DNA of 32,000 nt from Nostoc punctiforme PCC 73102 (lineage in GTDB: Bacteria > Cyanobacteriota > Cyanobacteriia > Cyanobacteriales > Nostocaceae): NCBI RefSeq assembly GCF_000020025.1, contig NC_010628.1, positions 7,050,001 to 7,082,000 of the forward strand. Reading direction: 5' to 3'. A program made the translations under genes and the position numbers. Positions 16,064 through 24,643 of this stretch are shown piece after piece; position 1 is the stretch's first letter; each line of letters begins with the position of its first letter. The notes beneath the pieces were generated by a model. The model was not told the DNA's origin. It was given only the letters and a program-made list of their open reading frames with translations, and made no database searches.

Positions 16064-16112
16064 ATGACTCTTGACAAATGACAAATGACCAATGACTAAT
16101 AACAAATAATAT
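16064..16112. repeat. STRR-like heptanucleotide tandem repeat (TGAC[A/C/T]AA x about 7) running into the nadE start codon
   Basis: TGACTCT TGACAAA TGACAAA TGACCAA TGACTAA TAACAAA TAATATG. TGACCAA is the complement of the TTGGTCA heptamer class described for heterocystous cyanobacteria. Confidence 0.7.
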
Positions 16113-17829
16113 GAAAATTGCGATCGCTCAAATTAATCCTACTATTGGTGATTTGCCTTTAAATGCTCAAAAAATCCTAGAGGCAGCACAACGCGCAGCA
16201 TCTAGCGGTGCGCGTTTGTTGTTGACACCAGAACTTTCTTTGTGTGGCTATCCACCACGAGATTTATTACTAAATCCTAGTTTTGTGGAAGCGATGGGCA
16301 TCAGTTTACAAAACTTGGCTCAAGATTTACCACCAAATTTAGCTGTGTTGGTAGGAACTGTTGAACAGAACCTCAACGCATCTATTAGTGGTGGTAAAAC
16401 TTTATTTAACAGTATGGCTTTGTTAGAAAATGGCAAGGTTAAACAAGTTTTTCACAAGCGACTTTTGCCTACTTACGATGTATTTGATGAACGTCGCTAT
16501 TTTGAACCAGGGTTACAAGCTAATTATTTCACATTAGATAATATCGATATTGGCGTAACTATTTGCGAAGATTTATGGAACGACGAGGAATTTTGGGGCA
16601 AACGTAGTTATACCGTAAATCCAATTGCTGACTTAGCAATTTTAGGTGTAGATTTAATTGTAAATTTATCTGCTTCGCCCTACACAGTTGGCAAGCAGCA
16701 GCTTCGTGAAACTATGCTCAGGCATAGTGCAGTACGTTTTCAACAACCGATGATTTACACTAATCAGGTTGGGGGAAATGATGACCTAATTTTTGATGGA
16801 CATAGTTTTGCCTTAAATCGTCAAGGTGAAATTATATCTCGTGCCCGTGGTTTTGACACTGATTTAGTAGTAGTAGAATTTGACGAGACACAACGTGATT
16901 TCCAGTTGGCTTCTGTAGAACCTGCATATCAATCAGAAGATGAAGAAATTTGGCAAGCTTTGGTTTTAGGAGTGCGAGATTACGCTCGTAAGTGTCGCTT
17001 TTCTAAAGTAGTGTTGGGTTTAAGTGGCGGGATTGACTCTGCAATAGTAGCTGCGATCGCAACTGCTGCACTTGGTAAAGAAAATGTCCTCGGTGTTCTC
17101 ATGCCTTCTCCTTACAGTTCAGAGCATTCCATCAGTGATGCTTTGGCATTAGCCAAAAATTTGGGGATTAAGACTAATCTTTTACCGATTGGCGAGTTAA
17201 TGCAAGGCTTCGATCAAACTTTAGGCGATTTGTTTGCGGGTACGGAGTTTGGACTGGCTGAAGAGAATATCCAGTCCCGGATTCGCGGTAATTTATTAAT
17301 GGCGATCGCTAATAAATTTGGTTATTTGCTTTTATCTACCGGTAACAAGTCAGAAATGGCTGTGGGTTACTGTACTCTCTACGGCGATATGAATGGCGGG
17401 TTAGCAGTGATTGCAGATGTACCTAAAACCCGTGTGTATTCACTTTGCCATTGGTTAAATCGCAATAATGAAATCATCCCGCAAAACGTTTTGACTAAAG
17501 CACCCAGCGCCGAACTCAAACCAGGTCAAGTCGATCAAGACTCTCTACCGCCTTACGAAGTTTTGGACGATATTTTGCAACGCCTGATTCACAACCACCA
17601 ATCAGCAGTGCAAATTGTTGCAGCCGGTCACGATGCGGTGATTGTAGACAGAGTAATTCAAATGGTAGCGCGGGCTGAATTTAAACGGCGACAAGCACCC
17701 CCCGGTTTAAAAATCACCGATCGTGCCTTTGGAACCGGTTGGCGGATGCCAATTGCTAGTAACTGGGTTGGTATCAAAAACGCCTACCAGGCTAAAACTA
17801 CAGCTACACCTAATCTTAGTTTGTTGTGA
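16111..17829 (+). CDS. nadE: Glutamine-dependent NAD+ synthetase (N-terminal nitrilase/CN-hydrolase domain plus C-terminal NAD synthetase domain)
   Basis: 572 aa. The CN-hydrolase region contains the catalytic Cys context VTICEDLW. The synthetase domain carries the PP-loop LGLSGGIDSA and NKSEMAVGYCTLYGDMNGG. Confidence 0.92.
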   Translation: MKIAIAQINPTIGDLPLNAQKILEAAQRAASSGARLLLTPELSLCGYPPRDLLLNPSFVEAMGISLQNLAQDLPPNLAVLVGTVEQNLNASISGGKTLFNSMALLENGKVKQVFHKRLLPTYDVFDERRYFEPGLQANYFTLDNIDIGVTICEDLWNDEEFWGKRSYTVNPIADLAILGVDLIVNLSASPYTVGKQQLRETMLRHSAVRFQQPMIYTNQVGGNDDLIFDGHSFALNRQGEIISRARGFDTDLVVVEFDETQRDFQLASVEPAYQSEDEEIWQALVLGVRDYARKCRFSKVVLGLSGGIDSAIVAAIATAALGKENVLGVLMPSPYSSEHSISDALALAKNLGIKTNLLPIGELMQGFDQTLGDLFAGTEFGLAEENIQSRIRGNLLMAIANKFGYLLLSTGNKSEMAVGYCTLYGDMNGGLAVIADVPKTRVYSLCHWLNRNNEIIPQNVLTKAPSAELKPGQVDQDSLPPYEVLDDILQRLIHNHQSAVQIVAAGHDAVIVDRVIQMVARAEFKRRQAPPGLKITDRAFGTGWRMPIASNWVGIKNAYQAKTTATPNLSLL

Positions 17830-17901
17830 TGGATAAGATGTACATCCGCAAATCAAGTAATTAGTTATCAAACCTCTTCCTGCTTTTAATTTTCCTTCAA
17901 G

Positions 17902-17936
17902 TCTGTCCTTCTGCAATGCTGAGAGGGACAGGTTTT
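17902..17936 (+). terminator. Probable intrinsic terminator of nadE
   Basis: TCTGTCCTTCT (17902-17912) pairs with AGAGGGACAGG (17922-17932), about 10 bp including G-U pairs, with a 9-nt loop. It is followed by TTTT and lies about 70 nt after the nadE stop. Confidence 0.5.
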
Positions 17937-18015
17937 GCGTAGTAAAACCAGGGAAGAAAATTCTAGATCGCTAAAAATACGTAAATCCTAATTAAGTTGA
18001 ATTTTTAGCTAATTG

Positions 18016-18053
18016 AATAAAAACTCTAAAGGACAGGCATAGCAACCTGTCTT
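18016..18053 (-). terminator. Probable terminator downstream of tRNA-Gln
   Basis: On the minus strand, AAGACAGG-TTGCTATG-CCTGTCCTT is followed by TAGAGTTTTTATT. It starts 9 nt after the tRNA 3' end. Confidence 0.45.
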
Positions 18054-18061
18054 GAGATATA

Positions 18062-18133
18062 CTGGGGCGCTAGGATTCGAACCTAGGGATGGCGGGACCA
18101 AAACCCGCTGCCTTACCACTTGGCTACGCCCCA
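18062..18133 (-). tRNA. tRNA-Gln (anticodon UUG)
   Basis: Minus-strand sequence UGGGGCGUAGCCAAGUGGUAAGGCAGCGGGUUUUGGUCCCGCCAUCCCUAGGUUCGAAUCCUAGCGCCCCAG folds as a cloverleaf. The anticodon stem is GCGGG/CCCGC with loop UUUUGGU, and the T-loop is GGTTCGAAT. U1-A72 and G73 are typical of bacterial tRNA-Gln. No CCA is encoded. Confidence 0.9.
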
Positions 18134-18403
18134 ACGACTTTACTCTAGTTAATATAGCAGTTAATCCTGGGTTTGTGTCAAGTACTTTAATGGTTTATTT
18201 CAGATAATGGATTTTTATAGCAAGACATTGATTGGTCGGAATCCTTACACTTAGACTTTTTCATGGCTTTGGGGTGAACCCTTGAATCGATGCTTGGCTG
18301 TATCGCCGAACTCACTTTAAGGGCAAAGGAATTGCAATCGCGATTCCTTTTGCATCTAAAATCTGCTTCACTTGATTATGAATGGCTTATCATCTGTTCC
18401 TGC

Positions 18404-19606
18404 TTACCAGTGAGACACTATGTTCTTCTTATTGATGACTTGTTGGTAAATTGCCATCAACTGCTGGTAATTAGCTTCAGGAGCATACTTAGCCTTATAA
18501 ACCTGGTGAGCATTTTTGCCCATAGTTCTCATAATTTCAGGATGAGTGGTTGCCCATAGTATTTTGGCTGCCATATCTGTCTGGTTGCCTGCTTCAAAAT
18601 GTAAACCAGTTACTCCATCCTCTACAATTTCTCCCATACTACCTAATTTGGACACCAGTACAGGTAGACCGCAAGCAAAAGCTTCAGCAATAGTTAAGGG
18701 AAAACCTTCGTACCAAATGGAAGGAAATATTAAAAATCGGGCATTCTGCATTAGTGCCAACACTGTTGACTTATCCTGAAACCCTAAAAATTCGATGAAA
18801 TTTTCGGAATCGGTATTTTTAATCTGTTGCTGCAACTTTTCATAGCAAGGACCATCACCTACAATTTTTAGTGGAGTGGATAAGTTATTCTGTACATAAG
18901 CATCAATTAAAATAGAAACTCCTTTTTCTTCAGACAATCTACCAACAAAAAGTAAGTAGTCACTATCTTTACCATTTTGGTTTCGAGAGTCTGGAGCAAA
19001 AACAAAATTGGGTTTGATATAAAATTTTTCAGCAGGTAGTCCCGCTTGTAACATTTTATCTTTTTGAAATTGGGTAAAGACAATATAAGCATCTACCTGT
19101 TCCTGCCAAGTCCCTCGTAACCCATGCCAACTATTCATTGCTGCAATAATCGAGCTTTGGATGCGTGAGTTGCGATAGCAGCCATGTAAAACACTAGACC
19201 ACGGAACTTTTTGCCCAAAGCAATCCACACAAACCTTTGCATCTCGAAAAGGTATTGCTTTAGGACAAGCAAGCCGATAATTATGAAGAGTTTGGACAAT
19301 ACTTAGACCATACTCTCGGCAAGCATCATATATGGAAGGAGAGAGTAGGGGAAAAAAGTTATGTACATGGACAACATCAGGGCGGAGTTGGGAAATTTGG
19401 ATGCGAACTTGTTGTTTTGCTGAATATGAGTAAATTGCACTAATACCAGTTGCAACTTTATCCCAGGTATTTTTAATGTCATGATTACTAACTTCTAGTA
19501 AAGATACCTGATGACCATGTGCTTTCAGTAAGGATTGTTCAGCTTTTACTACTCCATCCTCACCGCCTGCAAATTGATAACGGTTATGTATCAACAGCAC
19601 TTTCAT
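18404..19606 (-). CDS. Glycosyltransferase family 4 (GT-B, group 1)
   Basis: 400 aa. MKVLLIHNRYQFAGGED is a GT4 N-terminus. The C-terminal half has FVGRLSEEKG and the EX7E region EGFPLTIAEAFACGLPVLVSKLGSMGEIVEDGVTGLHF. Confidence 0.88.
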   Translation of the reverse strand: MKVLLIHNRYQFAGGEDGVVKAEQSLLKAHGHQVSLLEVSNHDIKNTWDKVATGISAIYSYSAKQQVRIQISQLRPDVVHVHNFFPLLSPSIYDACREYGLSIVQTLHNYRLACPKAIPFRDAKVCVDCFGQKVPWSSVLHGCYRNSRIQSSIIAAMNSWHGLRGTWQEQVDAYIVFTQFQKDKMLQAGLPAEKFYIKPNFVFAPDSRNQNGKDSDYLLFVGRLSEEKGVSILIDAYVQNNLSTPLKIVGDGPCYEKLQQQIKNTDSENFIEFLGFQDKSTVLALMQNARFLIFPSIWYEGFPLTIAEAFACGLPVLVSKLGSMGEIVEDGVTGLHFEAGNQTDMAAKILWATTHPEIMRTMGKNAHQVYKAKYAPEANYQQLMAIYQQVINKKNIVSHW

Positions 19607-19878
19607 GCAGTTAACTCTCTGAGTAGTGGAACCAAAGAACCAACTAGTAGATAATACAAAGTCATTACACCCTGATTTATAGGACTTTTACTGTTCTATA
19701 GCCAGTCTTTCTCCAGTTCCTAATAGTACAGCCAATTTTAGACGGAACTTAATTAGTTTTTTATGAATGCTATCACTTCCGAGGAAAGCTCCTACCAGTA
19801 TCGCGAAAGTAGCCTTCAAAAGATATTTAGTATGGCGTTATCATTAATTATAGCTATATCCATCGCTCTAACTCCATT

Positions 19879-20447
19879 TTAAGTATGATTTATTCTGGTT
19901 GAAATTTCCTCATAGAGTTGAGTTAACTGCCTCCCCTTTCTTTCCCAACTGAAAGTTTCCTTAACTCTTTTCTGTCCAGCTTTACCCATACATAATCTTA
20001 CCTCTGGGTTACTGGCCAAATACGTCATAGCTTGAGCAATATCACTTACTGCTTGCTCAGGTGTATTTGCCTTAATTTTAAAGCCAGTTTCCTCTGTAAC
20101 CTGAACTGCTGGGCCTCCTAAATCTAAGCAAATCACTGGTCGCCCTGCTGCCATTGCCTCTAAACACACCAATCCTCCTGATTCATGCAAGCTGGGATGA
20201 ACTAAGGCATGGCAGTTCTGTATTTTACTCCATGTATCTTCGCGAGACAGATTACCTAAAAACTTGACTTGTTTACTAATATTTAAATATTTAGTTAATA
20301 TTTCTAGCTGTTTGCGTTCAGTTTCTTCTCCTACAATCCAATACTCAGTATTCGGTAAGTTAGCTTGGGCAAATGCTGCTAATCCTAAATGAAACCCTTT
20401 CCTGGTTCACAAGCATACGCACAAATGAGAATTTTTAACTGTTTCAT
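19879..20447 (-). pseudogene. GT4 glycosyltransferase remnant: 18-codon N-terminus fused out of frame to the C-terminal half (internal deletion of roughly 200 codons)
   Basis: ATG 20447 reads MKQLKILICAYACEPGKGFI* (stop 20385-87). In the +2 frame the sequence continues KGFHLGLAAFAQANLPNTEYWIVGEETERKQLEILTKYLNISKQVKFLGNLSREDTWSKIQNCHALVHPSLHESGGLVCLEAMAAGRPVICLDLGGP... to the stop at 19879. The N-terminal GT-B Rossmann domain is missing. The track shows only the 103-aa C-terminal piece. Confidence 0.75.
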
Positions 20448-20491
20448 GCCCGACATTTCCTTGATGTCGCTAATATCGTTCCAACTATTCC

Positions 20492-20522
20492 CTCAGAAGC
20501 TGCCCCTAGCTTTGAATATAAA
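20492..20522. other. Perfect 12-bp stem-loop (GCCCCTAGCTTT / AAAGCTAGGGGC) downstream of the GT26 gene
   Basis: The arms are 20492-20503 and 20511-20522 with a 7-nt loop, and there is no clear U-tract on the minus strand. A related hairpin, CCTAGCTTA / TAAGCTAGG followed by GGTTTT, lies at 21576-21605. Confidence 0.4.
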
Positions 20523-20583
20523 AGCTAGGGGCATCTAGATTATTTCTTTCCACGCCAGTCAATCTTGCCCTATTTCCTTTTCC

Positions 20584-21384
20584 TTAATCCCCAGTCTCGT
20601 GAAGAAAAACTGCTGCAATCCGACTTGATGATAGTAGTTGCTTGGTAGCCAGCCATATAAATAGTGGAATGGTCTTAGCATAGCGGCCGCAAAGTCGCCG
20701 TGGTTCTTGAATCCATCTATACAGCCATTCAAGTCCTAAGTCTCTAACTATGCGGGGTGCCCGCTTGTGAATTCCTGCATAAACTGGGAAAACTCCACCC
20801 AGTCCAATCATGACAGCTTGTATTTTACCCTTATGTTGAGCTATCCAATTTTCTTGCTTAGGACATCCCAGAGATATTAGGACGGCGCTAGCACCACTAG
20901 AATTAATCTTTTGAACCAAGGCTTCGTCTTCAGTTTCAGTCAGGGGACGAAAGGGTAGAGGTTCCATCGCCGCAATCTTCATTTGGGGAAATTCCTGCTC
21001 TAACCTTTTTCGCATCCTAGAAAGAATTTCTGTTTGGGAACCTAAAAAGAAAATACTAAGATTTTGTGTTTGAGTTCGCTGACATAATGCTAAAAAAATA
21101 TCCATCCCTGCCACACGGTCTTGGTAAATAGCCCCCATTTTTCGCATCATCCATACAAGAGGCATACCATCAGGAGTAACTATATCTGCATTTCGTAATA
21201 CGGTAGCAAATTGTGGATGCCAATGAGCTTCAATGAGCATGTGTACATTAGCTACGTATACACTTTTACTCTCACGCCTACTCGCCCACTTCAGTATTGT
21301 TTGTACCTGCTCGTCAAAACGTAAAGCAGTAATAGGGAAATCAAGCACTTTTTTAGTAGGTAGAAGCACTCTTGCCACCATCAA
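20584..21384 (-). CDS. WecB/TagA/CpsF family glycosyltransferase (GT26)
   Basis: 266 aa. ...VYVANVHMLIEA...ADIVTPDGMPLVWMMR...IFFLGS...ISLGCPKQENWI... are family-diagnostic motifs. Confidence 0.88.
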   Translation of the reverse strand: MMVARVLLPTKKVLDFPITALRFDEQVQTILKWASRRESKSVYVANVHMLIEAHWHPQFATVLRNADIVTPDGMPLVWMMRKMGAIYQDRVAGMDIFLALCQRTQTQNLSIFFLGSQTEILSRMRKRLEQEFPQMKIAAMEPLPFRPLTETEDEALVQKINSSGASAVLISLGCPKQENWIAQHKGKIQAVMIGLGGVFPVYAGIHKRAPRIVRDLGLEWLYRWIQEPRRLCGRYAKTIPLFIWLATKQLLSSSRIAAVFLHETGD

Positions 21385-21718
21385 TAACTCCTGTGTCCAA
21401 GAAAAAAATCCATAGATTGCTTAGACCATTCCAAATATTGAATAATTCGGATTGGATGACTCCTGACTTTTTATAGGCTTGTGTCATCGTTGGAAGTTAA
21501 CACATGGGGTTGCAATTGCTTTTTTAGTATGCTTTCAGCTTAATCGGTAATATTATAAGTATTTGCTGTTGTGTCCTAGCTTACTGTTTTAAGCTAGGGG
21601 TTTTAGATGCTGTTTGACAAAATTCATACTTTCTTCATAATTAATTTTTGGTTGGTTCATGCAAGCATTACAATTATGATAAATTCCTAGTAGAAACTTT
21701 ATTACTAAGTAGTATTTT

Positions 21719-21991
21719 TTACGTAATTACTTTACATAGAGAAGCAAAATACAGATGTCGATTTTGATACGTAATTATGTGCTTAAGAGATAAAAGCCCA
21801 AAAAATAAGGGGAAGATAAACTTATCTTCCCCTGTTCGATTATTTTTGTTATTATCTGGCTTGTTAGCTTCTTTGAGTTTTTGACGTAACATTTGGCGTT
21901 GCTTTTTGAGTTGCCGCTTCCTCGCCGAACCGCCTCGACCTTTGTCATTCCTGCCTTCTTTACGGGGAGATTCCCATCTTTTCAGGCGCAT
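21719..21991 (-). CDS. Hypothetical small basic protein (uncertain; the ORF reads through an intrinsic terminator)
   Basis: 90-aa ORF. The N-terminal 45 residues are extremely Lys/Arg-rich (MRLKRWESPRKEGRNDKGRGGSARKRQLKKQRQMLRQKLKEANK). A GAGAGG lies 10 nt upstream of the ATG. The C-terminal 35 codons cross the terminator hairpin and AT-rich sequence, so the true product, if any, may be shorter. Confidence 0.3.
   Translation of the reverse strand: MRLKRWESPRKEGRNDKGRGGSARKRQLKKQRQMLRQKLKEANKPDNNKNNRTGEDKFIFPLFFGLLSLKHIITYQNRHLYFASLCKVIT
21798..21832 (-). terminator. Intrinsic terminator (minus strand) downstream of tRNA-Leu(CAA)
   Basis: On the minus strand, GGGGAAGATAA-gt-TTATCTTCCCC (perfect 11-bp arms, 21809-21832) is followed by TTATTTTTT. 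Confidence 0.7.
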
Positions 21992-22030
21992 GAGTTTTTA
22001 ACCTCTCTATTCTATTTACTTATTTAGCAG

Positions 22031-22114
22031 TGGGCAGGAGGAGAATCGAACTCCTATGACCGCAAGGCCGCCACATTTTGAGTGTGGTGCGTCTACCAAT
22101 TTCGCCACCCGCCC
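22031..22114 (-). tRNA. tRNA-Leu (anticodon CAA), class II with long variable arm
   Basis: GGGCGGGTGGCGAAATTGGTAGACGCACCACACTCAAAATGTGGCGGCCTTGCGGTCATAGGAGTTCGATTCTCCTCCTGCCCA. The acceptor is GGGCGGG/CCTGCCC, the anticodon stem is CCACA/TGTGG with loop CTCAAAA, and the T-arm is AGGAG-TTCGATT-CTCCT. No intron and no encoded CCA. Confidence 0.9.
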
Positions 22115-22223
22115 TTACATCCAACTTAACTATTGTACTATAGATGAGGGATTTTGTAACAAGTTTGAAAATTAATTATCAAAGTTTTTCTGGGAGCAAT
22201 GATGTCTAACTATTGTATAAGTC

Positions 22224-23345
22224 TTAAAAGCGTGGCAACGTCAATAAACTAAGGTTAATATCCTGTAGCTTTGCACAGCCACTAAGTGCCATTCCCACAT
22301 TTAGCTCACCTTGTAGCAGTGAGATGACGTGAGATACACCAACTTGTCCTGCTACTGCTAGTCCCCACAAAATAGGTCGTCCAATCAGTACCGCTTTTGC
22401 TCCTAATGCCAGAGCTTTGAGAATGTCTGTACCCCTGCGAATGCCCCCATCCAGCAGTACTTCTATTTTACCATCCACTGCTGCTACTATTTCAACTAGT
22501 GCATCTAAAGAAGCGATCGCACCATCGAGTTGTCTGCCACCATGATTGGAAACAACAATTGCTTTGGCCCCATATTCTACAGCCCGCACAGCATCATCTC
22601 CCCGTAAAACTCCTTTGATAACTAAAGGTAGTGGAGATAAAGATTGCAACCATTCCAAATCATCCCAAGTTACTGCTGGGTTTAGTTGTTGGGCAAAATA
22701 GGTAAATAATCCAGATTCGCCTTTTTCATGGGAAATATCTAGCCCTGAGATGGTGGCGAGATTAGCTAGATGTAAGTCTGTGGGTAAAGCAAACTCGTTA
22801 CGTCTATCTCTTTCGCGTTGTCCGAGAACAGGTGCATCTACAGTCAGACAAAGTGCTTTGTAGCCTGCTTTATAGGCTTTTTCTACCAAAGCACGAGTTA
22901 ATCCCTTGTCTTTATGGATGTAAAGCTGGAACCATCGCAGAGACTCTGGAAATTTATCACACGCAGTCGCTACTTCTTCAATGCTCTTTGTGGCCATTGT
23001 ACTTAATACCATTCCCACACCAGCTGATGCGGCAGCTAGAGCTGTGGCCACTTCTCCATCTGGATGAGCTAGACATTGAAAAGCCATCGGCGCAATTAAC
23101 AAAGGTAGTTGCAGAGGTTGTCCTAAAATGGAGGTAGTTAAATTGCGATCGCTAACATCGACTAATATCCGAGGTCTTAACTTGACTCGCTCAAAAGCAG
23201 CACGATTATCTCGTAATGTGATTTCGTCCCAAGCACCACTGCTATAGTAATCAAGGGTCATTTGAGACAGATGCTCTTTTGCTAGCTTTTCGTACTCAAA
23301 GAGATTTATGGGTTGAAAGCGATGGTCGTTGGATACAACTGTCAT
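22224..23345 (-). CDS. FMN-dependent alpha-hydroxy acid oxidase (L-lactate oxidase / glycolate oxidase-like, LOX)
   Basis: 373 aa. LLIAPMAFQ, the TIM-barrel FMN motifs VKGVL...A...GA.AIVVSNHGGRQLD and LDGGIRRGTDILKALALGA are present. It is the same family as the Nostoc/Anabaena LOX studied as the ancestor of plant glycolate oxidase. Confidence 0.88.
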   Translation of the reverse strand: MTVVSNDHRFQPINLFEYEKLAKEHLSQMTLDYYSSGAWDEITLRDNRAAFERVKLRPRILVDVSDRNLTTSILGQPLQLPLLIAPMAFQCLAHPDGEVATALAAASAGVGMVLSTMATKSIEEVATACDKFPESLRWFQLYIHKDKGLTRALVEKAYKAGYKALCLTVDAPVLGQRERDRRNEFALPTDLHLANLATISGLDISHEKGESGLFTYFAQQLNPAVTWDDLEWLQSLSPLPLVIKGVLRGDDAVRAVEYGAKAIVVSNHGGRQLDGAIASLDALVEIVAAVDGKIEVLLDGGIRRGTDILKALALGAKAVLIGRPILWGLAVAGQVGVSHVISLLQGELNVGMALSGCAKLQDINLSLLTLPRF

Positions 23346-23458
23346 GGTAGAGGCTGTGGGTTAAGCAATGGGATGTTTAATCCGATTGTCTGATTGAACG
23401 ATTTTTTTAGTAACTGAGTTCTTTTAAAGGAACTCACAGTGCGATCGCATTAGGAACT

Positions 23459-24337
23459 CTACCAGTTTCGCCAGCCGCCTTTGGGTGCAACTTCTTTGCT
23501 TGTAGATTTCAATCCATGACTTTGAATTAAAGATTGGTATTCTGTACTGCTTGCCCAACGGTCAATTTCTCGCGCCCGCAACACTGGCACTGGATGGGTT
23601 AATTGGGCTGTGCGGGCGGTTTTGACCATTTCGCCTAATTCGGTCTTGCTAATGTCATCATAAGCGCGGGCTTGGGCAACAAAGGCATCAAGATTCAGTT
23701 GTGGCGCTAAGGTGGGGGAACCACCAGCCAGCTTCATCAACACTGACATGACAACTTTCGGATCTTGGGTTGCTAGTAATGCGGCGCGATCGCAGGTAAA
23801 CTCAGCACAGCGTACCCATTCTAAAAGTTGTGCCTGTATCGCTTGAGCAACGAAAGTTCCGACATTGGGCACAATTGCCGCAGCTAATATTAGTAAATTT
23901 ACAGGGGTCAAGTAAACGCTATGGTCACACTTGAGATGTCCCAACTCATGGGCAATTACTGCCTGGATTTCCTCTGGAGTGAGAATATCAATTAGGGATG
24001 TGTGTAGCACCACAAAGGGCTGCTTACCGCGCACAGCAAAAGTATAGGCGTTGGGAGCCGGATGTTGCCGGACGTATAACTGGGGAGGCTCTATATCCAG
24101 AATTTCACAAGCGTCTAACAACAGCTTGTATAAATCGGGTAGTTGTTTTTCACCAACCAGAATGCTGGAAGCAATATTTTCTACATAGAAAACCTGCTCT
24201 GCCATTGGCCCGAGCCAATTTCGCACCAACATGTCTATGCCTGGTATTTGCTTGAGCGTTTTAGTAGCTTCCAGGTCTAATGGATGACGAAATGAGTCAG
24301 CTTTTAAACCAATCAGAGGGGTTTTGAAGAAGGACAT
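23459..24337 (-). CDS. M48 family zinc metallopeptidase
   Basis: The HEXXH motif is in AVIAHELGHLKCDH, followed by a hydrophobic segment. I placed the start at ATG 24337 (MSFFKTPLIGL...), 21 codons inside the track ORF. The upstream extension runs into repeat sequence. Confidence 0.85.
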   Translation of the reverse strand: MSFFKTPLIGLKADSFRHPLDLEATKTLKQIPGIDMLVRNWLGPMAEQVFYVENIASSILVGEKQLPDLYKLLLDACEILDIEPPQLYVRQHPAPNAYTFAVRGKQPFVVLHTSLIDILTPEEIQAVIAHELGHLKCDHSVYLTPVNLLILAAAIVPNVGTFVAQAIQAQLLEWVRCAEFTCDRAALLATQDPKVVMSVLMKLAGGSPTLAPQLNLDAFVAQARAYDDISKTELGEMVKTARTAQLTHPVPVLRAREIDRWASSTEYQSLIQSHGLKSTSKEVAPKGGWRNW

Positions 24338-24424
24338 AGTGCAGCAAGCTATAAAAAACACAACTATGGAATCTGGCTGTTTATTTAACCAGCCACCCAC
24401 AGTTAGTATAACGATTTAAGCAGG

Positions 24425-24632
24425 ATGGGCAGGGGGAGCAGGGGAGAAAATTTTACCTTGTCTCCCTTGTTGCTTTGTTCCCACCTCAGTCTCAACTAAG
24501 AGCTAGGGGGAAGGGTGCGGGGGGATGGAAAAGAGGAATTGGGGACAAGGAGGAAGACTTGTTGCAAGTTCTCACTCAAATCACCTTGTCTCTTCCTGCT
24601 CACCTGCTCCCTGCTCCCTTGCCTCTTGTTCA
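24425..24632. repeat. Dispersed-repeat element with inverted GGAGCAGGG(G)AG modules
   Basis: The left module is GGGCAGGGGGAGCAGGGGAGAAAATTTTACCTTGTCTCCCTTG (about 24427-24470). The right module, in inverse orientation, is CCTTGTCTCTTCCTGCTCACCTGCTCCCTGCTCCCTTGCC (about 24585-24624). A further copy, GGAGCAGGGGAGCAGGGAGCAAGGGGAAAATT, is at 29776-29807. Confidence 0.5.
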
Positions 24633-24643
24633 ACCTATCAATT

